A DNA stretch of 64,000 nt from Felis catus (Eukaryota): the NCBI RefSeq assembly GCF_018350175.1, contig NC_058383.1, positions 19,284,001 to 19,348,000 on the forward strand, in the 5' to 3' direction. The notes beneath the pieces were generated by a model that had not been told where the DNA came from, ran no database searches, and saw nothing but the letters and a program-made list of their open reading frames with translations. Shown here in pieces: positions 23,840-36,275 of the stretch (position 1 is the stretch's first letter; each line of letters opens with the position of its first letter). The translations under genes were made by a program, and so were the position numbers.

Positions 23840-25960
23840 TTAATTCTGAAAGTAGAGAGAGTTGTTGAAGGGTTTACAGTTGACAGTGAAGGCAAGCCCC
23901 TACAGACCCCTTCAAGAATATCTAAATGATACTTCCCAGCTCTGTTCACAGAAAAACCTAGAAACTGGTTCCTACAGAAACTGGTTCCACAGAAACCCAG
24001 TAGCAATGAGCATCTCTCGTGGCTAGATTATGGTCTCTAAATACCATTTCCCAATAGAAGGAACCAGGACTTCTTGGGGAAAATGGTCAATTCCACATCT
24101 GGGATCAGAAATATACAAGGGGAGCCTGGAATATCTTGTCACATCAGAAAGCAGGAAAGCTGTCACAGACTCCTATTTTTAAAAAAGGGTGCAGGGGGCA
24201 CCTGGGTGGCTCAGGCGGTTGAGCATCCAACTTCAGCTCAGGTCATGATCTCGCAGCTTGTGAGTTCGAGCCCCGTGTCGGGCTCTGTGCTGACAGCTGG
24301 GAGCCTGGAGCCTGCTTTGGATTCTGTGTACCCCCCTCTCTCTGCCCCTTCCCTGCTTGTGCTCTGTCTCTCAAGAGGAAATAAATGTTAACAAAACTTA
24401 AAAAAAAAAAAAAAAGGATCCAGGAGCTCTCAGTATCTAAGAGCATCAATAAGATAAAAACTGTAATAAATTGAAAACCTTCAAACACAGTCTGTGTAAG
24501 TTCATGATTTATGATCATCAGACACAAAGTTTTTTTTTTTTTTTTTTTAAGTAGACTTCACGCCCAGCATGGAGCTCAATGTGGGGCTTGAACTCACGAC
24601 CCTGAGATCAAGACCTGAGCTGAGATCAAGAGTCGGATGCTTAGCCAACTGAGCCACCTAGGTGCCCCCAAACACAAATGTTTTAGTATGCGAGAGAAAC
24701 ACCTTTTTATTCTGAAAGCTGAAAAATAAAGGGAAAGAACCAAGCATTCAGACTGCCTTTCCTATTTGACTCGTACCTCAGAGTAACCAAATCATTGAAG
24801 AAAAATTTCTCTTTATTGATGAGAAAAAGAATAAGATCGGTGGACCACCATCCTGCACCCAAACCCCTAATATAGTAATGGGTGTGCCCACTGAGCATTG
24901 ACCGCCAACGTCGCAAGAACGCTGACAAGCAGACATTCTATATGTCCTGAAGGGAATGCACAGTGACATCGACACCCCCATGGTCACGTCTTGCCCCGGT
25001 GGTCAAACTTCAATCGGATGAGGCGTCTAGATCTAATGAACAATTTACAGGAAATACAGGGGCCTGAGGAACAGGTTAAACAACACCACAGAGATACAAC
25101 CAGTAAAATCCTGACACTACGGGGGGGGGGGGGGGGGAGAAAAAAACCCTTTCTTTAACAGATAATTTCGAAGAAAAAGTGAAAAAAGATGGGAGGGAAC
25201 CTAGAGATTATAAGAGGCTTAAGAGACTCAACAGGGGCACCTGGGTGGCTCAGTTGGTTGTGTCCAACTTTGGCTCAGGTCATGGTCTCGTGGTTCATGA
25301 GTTTGAGCCCAAGTCAGGCTCTGTGCTGACAGCTCAGACCCGGAACCTGCTTCAGATTCTGTGTCTCCCCCTCTCTCTGCCCTTCTCCAACTCGTGCTCT
25401 GTCTCTCTCTCTCAAAAAATCAACCAATCAATCAACATTTAAAAAGAAGAAAAGTGACATAACAAAGAATCACAATGTATGGACTTTATCTGGATCCCAA
25501 ACCAACCAATCACAATGGGTGGAACTTATGGGGAATCTCAGAACAACCCATCAGAATGTGTGGACCCTTACCTGGACCTCAATTCGAGAAACAAACGGTT
25601 AAGAAAGGAAGGTGAAGAGACTGTCAAGGGAAATAGGAACTTGCTAGATACCCTACTCATTTAGGGAATCGGTGTTAATTTGAATTTTGGGGGGTGTAAT
25701 GGTGGTAGTGAGATGATGTTCTTCCTAAAGTCCTTATTGGTTAGAGCTACACGCCGAAATATTTAGAGATGAAGTGCTCTCGGGCCTGGGGTCTGGGGTA
25801 ACGCAAACTGAGGCGGGGGTGGTAGGCGGGTGGGTGTGGATGGACAAGCAGGGCCGGCCGTGGGCTGATCACTCTTGCAGCAGGAGCTGGGCTCGCGGGC
25901 TCCGAGCCTGAGCATGCGGGAGTCTGATCTGCCAAGATGCGGAGTGCCGCGTGGTTCGTG
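23840..25960 (+). mobile_element. Old L1 (L1MC/ME-like) 3' region interrupted by Can-SINEs at ~24196-24415 (+), ~24527-24669 (-) and ~25234-25445 (+)
   Basis: AT-rich diverged L1 3' UTR-like sequence (ggtctctaaataccatttccc; atctaatgaacaatttacaggaaatacagggg). The three SINE heads are clearly visible. The L1 subfamily call is from pattern memory only. Confidence 0.7.
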
Positions 25961-26231
25961 AGCAGGTGCTGACAGCAGGTGTGAGGGCCGCGGTTAAGGG
26001 GTCCCTTAAGACAAAGCAGGGGGGAGTCCTCTGGGCCAGACAGGGGGTGCGGGTGGGGTGTGGCAATCCCCTTCCCGCCCTCCGGCCATGGGATTTATTT
26101 TCCTCATGCTACTGATAAGGACACGGAGGCAGTGGAAGACAGTGGAGCTTAGTGGTTAATTAAGTGCATGGATGTTGGTTTCCCCAGGGACCTCCATTCA
26201 GAGGACTGTGCCACTCAAAACTAGTCTGGGT

Positions 26232-26420
26232 GGGGACGCCTGGGTGGCTCAGTCAGTTAAGCGCCCGACTCCCCGTCTCTTGATTTCGGCTCAGGTCATG
26301 ATATCATGGTTCATAAGATCAAATCCTGCATCGGGCTCTGCACCGATGATACGGAACCTGCTCGGGATTCTCTCTTTCTCGCTCCCCCCCCTCTCAAAAT
26401 AAATAAGGAAACCTCAAAAA
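26232..26420 (+). mobile_element. Can-SINE (older)
   Basis: ggggacgcctgggtggctcagtcagttaagc... Confidence 0.9.
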
Positions 26421-26651
26421 ATACAGTAAAATAAACTCGGAAGACCCACACCTCACAGAGTGGCAGGAAGGTGGAAGAGGGAACGCTATTTGATGTCTGA
26501 ATCTGGAGTCTGAGAGACAGAACAGATCCGCACCAGCTCCACGTCTGAGCGTGAGCGACCCCGCCTCTCGGGGGCCGAAAGTGGTCCACTGCTCGTGGTC
26601 GGAGGGTATTGCTCTGGAAGTCGCCACAGGCGGCTTCTTACGGACACTTAC

Positions 26652-26829
26652 TTGTCCAGGGTCCGGGAGTCATCGGCATACTCAGGAAGGTCGTTCAGGT
26701 CCCTGGGGGAGGCGGAGATCTGGTGCAGGCTGATGGGCAGCGCCTGGCCGTCCTTGCCCACCACTTCCAGGCCTGTGAGCCCCAGGTAGTGCGGGTCCCC
26801 CCAGGAGGCAGTGAAATTCAGCTGAAGGC
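26652..26829 (-). CDS. KATNIP: KATNIP coding exon (~exon 19), 178 nt
   Basis: Acceptor ttacag|GC, donor AA|gtaagt. Encodes (C)LQLNFTASWGDPHYLGLTGLEVVGKDGQALPISLHQISASPRDLNDLPEYADDSRTLD(K). Confidence 0.95.
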
Positions 26830-26947
26830 CTGTAACAGGAGGAAAGGCGGCCCATGAACGCCAAACATTCCGGAGGAGGCTCCCAGACGGAGATGGGAAA
26901 AGGGATGACCTTCAGCCTCTGTTCTACCGCCTTGAAAACCCAGACTC

Positions 26948-27202
26948 GGGGCGCCTGGGTGGCGCAGTCGGTTAAGCGTCCGACTTCAGCCAGGTCACGA
27001 TCTCGCGGTCCGTGAGTTCGAGCCCCGCGTCGGGCTCTGGGCTGATGGCTCAGAGCCTGGAGCCTGGTTCCGATTCTGTGTCTCCCTCTCTCTCTGCCCC
27101 TCCCCCGTTCATGCTCTGTCTCTTTCTGTCCCAAAAATAAAATAAAAAAAACGTTGAAAAAAAAAAAACAAAAAACAAAAAAACAAAAAAAAACAAAAAA
27201 AA
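26948..27202 (+). mobile_element. Young feline SINEC_Fc-type element
   Basis: CpG-intact body, long A-rich tail, perfect 14-bp TSD gaaaacccagactc (26934-26947 and 27203-27216). Confidence 0.97.
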
Positions 27203-29663
27203 GAAAACCCAGACTCAGATGAAAGGGCCTTCAGGGTGGGCTCTCCACCTTTCCTCTTAGTGGCCCTCAGGCCTGGGACACCGCTGATGTTCTGGAAGCA
27301 TCTGCAGGATGACTGGACCAGTGTCGTGTAAACCCGCACATAGCCCTGGATCCTTTCTCCACTCGTCCATCACGTTGCCTAACACCGTAGCGGGGCTTCC
27401 CGCCAGAGTGATGCTTGGCCAACAGGCCTCGTCCATCTGGCTTCTACCTACTTGTCTAACCTCCTCTTACTACAGGGAGCTGGGCTCCACCCAGACTGTC
27501 CGTCACTCACATTTCCATTCCTGTCTCCTGTCACGGGGCCTTTGCACATGCTGCTATTGCTGTCTGGAACTCACATAGCCTAGTCAACGGGTGCGCATCC
27601 TTCAGATCCCAACTCACTTCAGAAGCCCGCCTGACCCCGTCAAACCTCCATCCGCAGCCTGCCGTGTCACTGTGAATTTCCATTTCCCTGCCCTGGCCAC
27701 CACTGTGATCTTGTGACCGTTTGGTAAACATCCGTTTGCCCTGCCGGAGGGTTAACTCTCGGGGTGAGCCACGACCCACGATGACACGTCTATCCTTTCG
27801 CCCCTGCCTCACCCGGGCTCCATCAGAGACCCTTTGGACGTGACCTTCTGGGGTCCTGGGGCAATACGGCCCAGGTGAGTCACCCCGTTTGCCCCAATAG
27901 CTCAAATCGAACGAATCCTGACCAAGGTCAGGCCCCAACAGGTATGTGGCTGGAGCTTTTCTCTCCTAACTGGTCTCCCGTTAGAGCGGGGCCAAGCCCA
28001 GTGAACTCCCTACCCTGGAAGGATGTGGAGCCTCTTTTGGCGCCCTTCTGGGGAGGCCGCGTTCAGAGGGTTCACACTCTTCTGTAGCTTTGACGGGACG
28101 CCCGCGCTGTGGTGCTGGGGGAAGGCCGCCTGGACGTCCCGTCCAGCTCAGCTCAGGTGCGGAGGCGGAAGCCCGGGGAGTCCGCAGGACACGCTGGGAA
28201 GTGGGGCCAGGCCACGCAGTCTCCCCGGAGCCCCGCTCCCTCTCCTACCCGCCTGTCATTTCCAACATACGCGCTGCAACTCAGCCTCAGATCCCGTGTG
28301 CTCTCCACGGTGCTGAGGCAGCCCCGGGGCATCTTGGCGGCAGACGGCAAAGCCGGGTGACCTGCATGGTAACGGGCACGTCCTAGCTTCTCACGGCACC
28401 GACGGCGTGCACCGTGAGCACAGACCCTTTGCCACGAGACTTGGCTGCTCCTCCCGTGCGAAAGCGGGGGTCTATCTCTGCACGGCTCGAGTCTGGGTCA
28501 TGTGACCTGCCGTGGCCAGCGGGGGCACATAAAGCACACGCGTGCACTGGGGCTTATCCCTTGGGCGTCCTGCCCCGCGTGGAGGAGCCGGGCCGACCCA
28601 GTCTCCCTGCCCCTCCAGCCAACAGCCTCCCAGCTGCCGGACGTGTGAGCGAAGACGCCCTAGACCATTTGGCCGCCGGCCCATCTGCCGGCTGACCAGC
28701 AGGCCCAGGAGAGGCCGGCCGAGCCAGCCCACGGGAGGACTGCCCAGCCAGGCCACGGAATTATGAGCCCCTCACGGATAAACAGGGGTCGCGCGAAAGC
28801 CACTGAAGTCTCGGTTGGTTTGTTCCGCAGCAAAAGCTAATCGACGCGCTCCTTTGCATCGCGAGCCTGTGCTCAAATGTCATCTCCTCAGAGAGGCCTC
28901 CCCCGACCACACGAGCTCCAAAGGCGCCCCCGTCACTCTCCGCTTTGTTTTCCGCCACGGCGCTTGCTGCCTGACCGCGTGGTCTACATCTGTTTGCTTA
29001 TGTGTTTTCTCGTCTGCCCCACTCGGATGGAAGCTCCCTGAGGGGAGGAGCCCTGCTGGTTGTGTCCCCTGTTGTGTCCCCAGAGCCTAGAACAGTATCT
29101 GGAAAACAGATAAGGCCAACAGAGTTTTCTGTGTCACTTTTTAAATACCTGCAGGGAAACGAATCAGTGTAAACCCATCGCCTGCCACCAAATTCACAGT
29201 TAAGGGTAAATGAATATTTATTGATCATCTGCTATGTGCAAAGCCCTGCCCTTGGACTTGGGGGTCCAGGGGTCACATCTCTCTAGAAGCTTCCGTCGCG
29301 GTGAAGACAGACAAGAAGCACGTGACAGACAGACAAATACGATACTTCCACAGAGCTATGAGTACTGTGAGGGAAATAAGAGGGAATGACCTCTCTGAGG
29401 TAGTGACAGTGGGGCTGAGGCCCGGGGGAGGAGTGGGAGGCCGCCATTCTTCACCATTTCTGGAAGAATATTCTAAGCTGAGAGGACAGCAAGGGCACTG
29501 GCTCTGGGACGGGAGCCAATGTGATCTGTGGTTAGGACCAAGTGATCGAGGGGGGCGGTGGAGGAAAAGGAGGTCAGAAGGTGGGGCAGGGGCTGGCTCA
29601 CGTCCTGAGGTCTGGATTTTCTTCTCCCTGAGATGAGAAGCCACTGGAGGGATGGACTTGGAA

Positions 29664-29870
29664 TTTTTTTTTTTAATGTGTATTTATTCTTGAGAGACAG
29701 AGACAGAGTGCAAGCGGGGGAGGGGCAGAGAGAGAGGGAGACACAGAATCTGAGGCAGGTTCATGGCTCCGAACTGTCAGCACAGAGCCTGACGCGGGGC
29801 TTGAACTCCTGGACTGCGAGGGTATGACCCAAGCCGGGGTCAGACACTTGAGCCACCCAGGCCCACTTGC
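29664..29870 (-). mobile_element. Can-SINE
   Basis: Typical reverse SINE body. Confidence 0.92.
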
Positions 29871-30084
29871 GCTCCCAAGAGGCAGTGCGCACGGAGGTGG
29901 ATTTGGATGAGGGGATCACCGTGAGACAGAAATGCCACCTGCCCCCAGGGAAACAAGACAGGGCTCCCCAGCCTCTCCGCGGACGCCCCTTGGCTTGCCT
30001 GGCACGAGGTACTACTCGGACATCTAATTTGGGGTTGCTCCAAAGGCGCCCGCGCTCCTGTTTGAGCTAATATTCACGCTCCAC

Positions 30085-30280
30085 ATTCATTTTCCTCTGG
30101 TGTATCAATTGGTATTTATATAAATGGAAATTAATTTTGTTATTTCTCTCCCACATTTCAACTCTCTCAGCTACTTTCCTATTCATCACTGCTGATATTT
30201 GCAAAACGCCCCAAATTAGTGTCATCTGCAAATTAGCAAGTCATATATCCCCTTTCAAAACATTAATAGGATTGGCCACA
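30085..30280 (-). mobile_element. Ancient CR1/L3-clade LINE fragment (RT catalytic region)
   Basis: Minus-strand translation gives FADDTNLG (30232-30209), then RVEMWERNNKINFHLYKYQLIH in a shifted frame. This resembles the CR1 ORF2 pattern KFADDTKLG...RLEKWA..N.M.FN..KCKVLH. Confidence 0.75.
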
Positions 30281-30779
30281 TTTACCAACCCCAGCTCACT
30301 CCCCCCCCCCCCCCCCGGGTCACGTTATCAAAGCTCTCTCCACTTGCGCAGGCTGGCGAAGTGGGTTTAGGATTTTAGAGACAGCAGGGGAAACAAAAAT
30401 GTTCGGGGAAGAGAGACTCAGAAATTGCAGGGCTCCGAGAGGGCAGGGGATGCTTGGTGAGGACGCTCTTCTCCCGACCAAGTAGAGAAGCAGGAAAATC
30501 ACACTTTCCCTACAGCAAGAAGGGCTCGGAGCTCTACTCTGGGGCAAAACTCTCAGAGGCACTGAAATCACATTTCCAAGAAAGGTCAGAAGCTGGTTGG
30601 GCAGGAAGGACATTTACAGACAGCATCTCCGGGGAAATCATCAGATGAAGGGGACAGTGGCTGCTTCTGGCCAGCCTTCCTTCCTTCCTCTTCTGGCTTT
30701 GGCATTCTGACCTCTCCTAGAACACTGGGGGGCTGACCCTTCACCTCTGGCTTCAGGGATGCGCCTCTGACCCAGGCTG

Positions 30780-31220
30780 CACGGAGTTTTCCATCCCACA
30801 CCCCGACTCCCTCCCCGCTGTGGTGAGCCCCGGTCATTGGTTTATGGATGGGCACGTGACCCAAGCCAGGCCCAGGAGACATGATTCTGGAACGCGGTTG
30901 GACTCAATGGGAACAGAAACTCTCATTTATCTGGGTCTGCCGGGCAGAACGGGAACGTAAAGCCAGAGCTTCCAGAAGCTCTTGGGTGGCCAGGGTCTGA
31001 ATGGGAGAAAGACAAGAGAGAGTGACACAGGGCAGAGAGCGGGAGGGAGACACCTAGGCTAGATGAGGTCATTCGCACACTTGAATCCGGCTGTGCGGAC
31101 GGAATGAGAACTGAGGGTTCAGTGAGATGACACAGGAAAGCCTCAGCATGGTGCCCGAACGGGGGGACAAAACCAAGCCCCAAACCAGGCTCTCGCCTGC
31201 ACTAGGTTGGTTCTAAAAAA
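30780..31220 (+). mobile_element. MLT1-like (ERVL-MaLR) LTR remnant
   Basis: MLT1-like motifs (cattggtttatggatgggcacgtgacccaagcc; gatgaggtcattcgcacacttgaatcc). Bounds are approximate. Confidence 0.55.
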
Positions 31221-31949
31221 AATCCTCTGCTGTCAGTTGAGAGAGTGTTCTGGAATGTAAGGATCTGCGGGGATTCAAAGGGAGGCATCTTCCCCTTCTA
31301 AGAGGAATTCGTCTTTGTGCAGTGAGGGGGGGAGAGCTGGCTCTCGCTCGGCACACGGGCAGGCTTCCGGTGGGGGAGCTGGGTGTGGCAGCAATGCCCT
31401 GAGAAGGGGATGCGGAGGATGCGGTGGGGGCACAGCCGGGTCCCAGCCCAGGACCGCAGGGCTCATTCCTCCAGCGGAGAGCAGAGCTGACGGCTCACAG
31501 CTGAGTCCTCCCACACGCACTGCCCTGGGCCTTGCCGCTCCCCACGTGTCCTGACACCCGTAGATATGGGTATATGAGGCCCGGTCCCCTCACTCAACGC
31601 AGGACAAGTCCAAGGGGACTTCGCGGCTCCACAGCTCCCCGTGCAGCTGGCAGAGGCCCCGAGGTCACGGCAGGAGGCCCGGCCCCTCCCTCTGCCTGTC
31701 CTGCTCGCTGCCCTCCCTCAAGAGGGAGTCCAGCTGGTGTGGCTGCAAAGGACTGACCGCCAGGGCCTCCTTCATGGGGGACAGGGAATGGGACAGCGGG
31801 GAGATTGCTCAGCCAGGACCTTGGGCCTGAAGATTCCCCAGGACGCAGCAGAGGTGCTGGTGGGACGCACACAGAGTAAGGGAGGAACTGGCTGGAAGGG
31901 TGAGTGGGAAAAGAAGAGGGAACAGACACAGTGAAGCCCCGATGGGGTT

Positions 31950-32290
31950 TGCTCAGAGGCCACAAACTGGCACCCCGCTGGCTGGATATACAACAGGCGT
32001 TCCGTTTGGCTCATGCGGTATTTACAAAGAGCACAAAATTAGTCCACCAACGCTTAAAAAGTCTGGAGACTTCACATAAAAATCCAGACTTCTCAGAAGA
32101 CCTGGGACCCTGGGCCAGGATTCCTGCCACTCCCGCCCCACCTGGAGCAGGGAGGACGCAGATTTCCTTTGTGCATGAGTTTGAAGGGACAGCCCAAACC
32201 ACCGGACGACAGATGCCTTGGGTCTCTTCTCGCTCTTACGTCTGCTTGGCCTATGCCTTCTGGGCTCCCGCTGCAGCCTCCTGGGTCAGG
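31950..32290 (+). mobile_element. MER102-like hAT-Charlie MITE
   Basis: aaaaagtctggagacttcacataaaaatccagacttctc resembles the MER102 core as I recall it. Confidence 0.6.
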
Positions 32291-32531
32291 GCCACAACTA
32301 ACGCATAAGGTGTCTGCATGCAAGATGCAAAAGTGCGCTTCCGGAAAAGGCCAACTGCAGACAGGTACCCCCTTCTGTGAAATGATGTGGCTCCATCCAC
32401 GGCTTGGCCTCTCTGTGCAGTGTACAACCTGCCCAACCGTCTAGGGAATCCCTGCCCCAAGTGGCCATGACTGTCCCGAACCCCTGACAGTCCTCCTTCC
32501 ACCGGACATCGTCCCAAGAGAGGATACTCAC

Positions 32532-32610
32532 AGATCCCATGGTAGATGCCTGGCTCTGGGGTGGTTACTTCAGGGACAGGCGGACTGAGTGGTGGCTCCA
32601 GCTCCGGGAC
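32532..32610 (-). CDS. KATNIP: KATNIP coding exon (~exon 18), 79 nt
   Basis: Acceptor gtgtag|GTC, donor ATCT|gtgagt. Encodes VPELEPPLSPPVPEVTTPEPGIYHGI. Phases 0/1 fit both neighbours; not in the ORF track. Confidence 0.9.
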
Positions 32611-32999
32611 CTACACACGGATTGGGGAAGAAGCAGAGAGGAAGAAGGTGATTTTGTGATACCCGCACAGCTGGCTAGCCATTTTCCCAGATACTGCTGT
32701 CCACGGGGATCTGTGTCTTTTCTTGCATTTTCTACCATTGTGGAAGCTCTGTGACTGGTAACATGGGCAGCCGTCATGTGTCTGAGTCCTCACGAGCAGC
32801 TCTTTCCGGTTGGGGAGGAGTCTGATGCCACCAGCTAAAGTGATCAGATTTTCTGGAATAGGGAAGGACCCAATAAAGGTTTACCTAGGGTGCTGGAGGG
32901 AGGAGGGGGAGAGGAGGATCAGGAGGGAGGGATGAAGAGAAGGAGAGTGAAAAATTTCAACCACAGAGAGTGGTTCTCAGCCTCGGGGCCTGGGCATCT

Positions 33000-33105
33000 C
33001 ATTTTAAAAATGGGTATTTACTTATTTGGAGAGAGTGAGCATGCGCGTGTGCGAGCCGGGGGAGGGGCAGAGAGAGAATCCCAAGCAGGCTCAGCATGGA
33101 GCCCA
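33000..33105 (-). mobile_element. Can-SINE 3' fragment
   Basis: ggggagggcagagagagaatcccaagcaggctc... Confidence 0.75.
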
Positions 33106-33659
33106 GGAACAACCTACTGGATCCTTCGGCCCAGCCCCTAGACAGAGCCTCTTCAGGCCCTTTCCCGCCTGGCTGTGGGGAGGAGAGTGGGGAGGGTGGC
33201 CCGCCAGGAGCATCTATGACACCGAGTAGCTTCGGGTCACCAGGGAAGGTCGCTGCCCTGTTCTCCACCCTCCCTGAGCCTCCTGGGACGGCTCAGAAGG
33301 TTTGAAAGCATTTCCACTTAGTTGCCAATAGGTTTTAATTGGGGCAGTTTACATAAAAACCCAGGTTTCTGGCTTTTCTTGAAAAAAAAAAAAATCAGGA
33401 CAATTATCAAGATGAACTAGCAACTCCTGTCTCCTCCTGACCTTGCCAGGCCCCGCCTTCTGTCCTCTGGATTCCAGCGGACCCCTCTCCTCTCCCCCAC
33501 CCTCTGGAACCATCTCCTTTTCCCCCTTAGGGCCTCAAGAACATCCCTGGGGACGCTGGTTCTCCTGATGCTGGTCCTTCACTTGGACTGACCCTTTCCC
33601 TGAAGGTCGTCTTTCATTTCTGAAAAAATTGGTTTATGAGTTTAAAACACATACTCTGG

Positions 33660-33882
33660 AGTTACGTCTGGGTGGCTCAGTCGGTTAAGTGTCGGCTCAG
33701 GTCAGGATCTTGCGGGCTGTGAGGTCGAGCCCTGCGTCGGGCTCTGGGCTGACAGCTCAGAGCTTGGAGCCTGCTTTGGGTTCTGTGTCTCCCTCTGTCT
33801 CTGCCCCTCCCCTGCGTTCTCTCTGTCTGTGTCTCTGTCACTGTCCCTCTCAAACATAAATAAACATTAAAAAAAAAAAAAA
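33660..33882 (+). mobile_element. Can-SINE
   Basis: Typical body and A-tail; TSD-like acaca(t/g)act(c/t)tggagt. Confidence 0.93.
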
Positions 33883-34514
33883 CCTTACAAAAAAACCAAC
33901 ACAGACTTTGGAGTCATACATTCAAGTTCAAGCCTGGATACTCTCCTGCTGTGTGCCCTTGGGCAACTCACTTAACCTGTCTGAGCCTTGGTTTCTTACA
34001 TGGGGGTTTTAATGGTCTCTACCTGGTTAAGCATAGTATACACGGCGCTCCACAAGATCACCATACGTGTGTGGGAAACAATCGCTGGGATTATCATTAT
34101 TTTAATTCTAAGTCTGCCCATTAAGAGCGTTTCTAGTCCTTTCCGTCAAAAACAACAGTGAGTGTGATCAAAACACAACCCAAAGCAAAAATTCCCCTGA
34201 GACTGCCAACCTCTAAATTACAGAGATGACGCAGGACCGCTTTCTCCTAGCTTTGATTAAAATTTGAATACTTTCTTCACTCTGGTTTAAAAAAAAATAA
34301 AAAAATAAAAAATAATTAGAAAATGAAATATGACACACAGGGCCAAAAAATGAAGTAGAAAAATGGGAAATGTCAAAACAGTAGCACCAGCAGCTTAAAG
34401 GCTATCTATCTTCATTCTTCCTGTTATACCCAGAGTTGGGAGAAGAAATCCCTCTGGGGGTGCCCCCTGCCCCTACCCGCAGCCCCCTCCCCCCCCCACC
34501 CCGGCCAGTCCTAC

Positions 34515-34720
34515 TCGGTCCTCAGCCCATGAGCCGGCCTGGGTGTAGGGCCTCTCCTCCCCCTCGCTGTCGGCGGTGCTCGGCCTCCTCAGCGTCTCCC
34601 CACTCTGCAGGCTGCAGGGACCCTCCACGTCCACGTCAAATGTCTCATCAGAACAGAATATGGCCTCCAGAATGTCATCGTCGGTCGTGAATAAGATGGT
34701 GTCTCCAAAGTGCTCTGGGG
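34515..34720 (-). CDS. KATNIP: KATNIP coding exon (~exon 17), 206 nt
   Basis: Acceptor atccag|CC, donor CGA|gtagga. Encodes (A)PEHFGDTILFTTDDDILEAIF...LRRPSTADSEGEERPYTQAG... Confidence 0.95.
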
Positions 34721-34994
34721 CTGGATGGGTCACAAGGAAGACAGAAGAGTCGACTCACCCCAAATCCAAATAGTTTGTAGACCGGGAACCCAAACCCATC
34801 AACCTTTGTGCTAGAAAATCCAAACCACCCACCGTCCCCGATTTGTGTAAGCAAACCTCTTTATTTATTATTCACCCACCGCAAATGGGATTCCCGTGGC
34901 CTAGATCAATGAAGGCATCTAATCTAAGGAGGGTCATGGTGATCGGTCCTGAAGTAGGTAATGTTTTTAGGTGTGGGCGAGGCATCCTGGCAGG

Positions 34995-35340
34995 ATGCTG
35001 TTGGGACCCCCACCCAGATCCCTGCCGATCCTTTTTTGGGGGGCTGGAGGCTTTCCTGGAAGGGCGTGGGAGTGACACCCCCAAACCGGGAAGCCTGCAG
35101 GGTTCCAGAGCTCTTCTGCTTTGCTTTCAGGAAGGACGGACTTTGCAGTTTAAGCTCCAGAGCTCTCTCTGGGATCGGGCTGAGGCTGGGCTTCTCCCAA
35201 ATCGTATCCTTGCCTGGCTTCCCCTCATTCCTATCCTGTCTCTCTCCTTGGACCACAGGCTCTCCTGGGAGCACCCCCTCAATAAGTCGCTTGCGGAAGA
35301 ATTCCCCCTTCTCCGACTGAGGCTCTAGGGAAGCTGAGTG
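34995..35340 (+). mobile_element. LTR16-like ERVL solo LTR remnant
   Basis: aagctccagagctctctctgggatcgggctgaggctggg...ctcctgggagcaccccctcaataagtcgcttgc...ctctagggaagctg. Confidence 0.6.
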
Positions 35341-35549
35341 GGGCCAGCGCCCAGGGGAGGCGTTTAAATGAGGTCAGCTCACCGGTGCACCCCCGCGCAC
35401 CCCCGTGCTGCAAAAGGGGAGGAGTGGGCCAGGCCTAGGAAGAGGAGAGACCCATCTGTCACTGGCGAGCCAGGGTCTTTAGTGTTTCCTCAGAGCCTCA
35501 GCGGGTGGCAGGTAGAGGCTTCCAGAACATTCTTACAGACATACTGTAC

Positions 35550-36275
35550 CTCCTGTCAGGGTCCCCGAGGCCTTGGCGATTTCTCCTTTGAAGATGCACT
35601 GCGAGTCTAACAGCATGGTGATGTCCTTCACGCCACGGAAGGAGTGTATCCGAGATTTATTGTAGTTCCAGATCCGGATCAGGGCGACCTGGCAAGGGTG
35701 CACGAAGTCTACGGAGATGGTGTGGGGCTTGCCCAGTGTGAAAGGGGCCAGCCAGACGTGCATGTCGTCCTGGGTCCTGTTCACCCCGTCGACGAGGTTG
35801 GTGACCACGCGGGGGTCTTTCCCGTAGGCCGGTAAAATATTGATGTCGGGGGGCTCGGCTTGAATGTTCGCGATCTGCACCGGCTCCCCCTTGGAACTGA
35901 ATATTTCTATTCCGTTAAGGCCGACATAGTGCCTGTCCCCCCACGTCGACTTGATGTCGATGACCAGGCGCTGTCCGTAAGGCAAGACGGGGATTTCAAA
36001 GTCACTCGCGTCGTCCGTCTCTACGGGACTGTCTTCCCGGCCTCTCCTTGGCCCCAGCTTCTCCTCCCTCCACGGGGGCGGCTGCTCGCCGTGCCGGCTG
36101 GCCTTCTGCTGCTGCAGGAACTCGTCCAGGATGTCCCCCTGCGGCTCCATGTTGGAGATGCGTCCCCGGTGGGAGCGGTCAAAGGCACTGAGGGAGTCCC
36201 AGGACTCATGCAGCGTGTGTTCCTGCTCACTGCACCACCGGGGTCGTGGCGGCGTCTCGGTGGACCGGGCGTCTT
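35550..36275 (-). CDS. KATNIP: KATNIP coding exon (~exon 16), 726 nt, containing most of one KATNIP/DUF4457-type repeat
   Basis: Acceptor cttccag|AA, donor GGAG|gtacag. Encodes ...EQEHTLHESW...LPYGQRLVIDIKSTWGDRHYVGLNGIEIF...IRIWNYNKSRIHSFRGVKD...; lies within ORF 35533..36348. Confidence 0.96.

Noticed and set aside
26670..26690. YADD tetrapeptide in a KATNIP exon (LPEYADDSR) as an RT motif
   Set aside because: It aligns with LPAYGKDPR and GVCGDVR in the sister repeats, so the match is coincidental.
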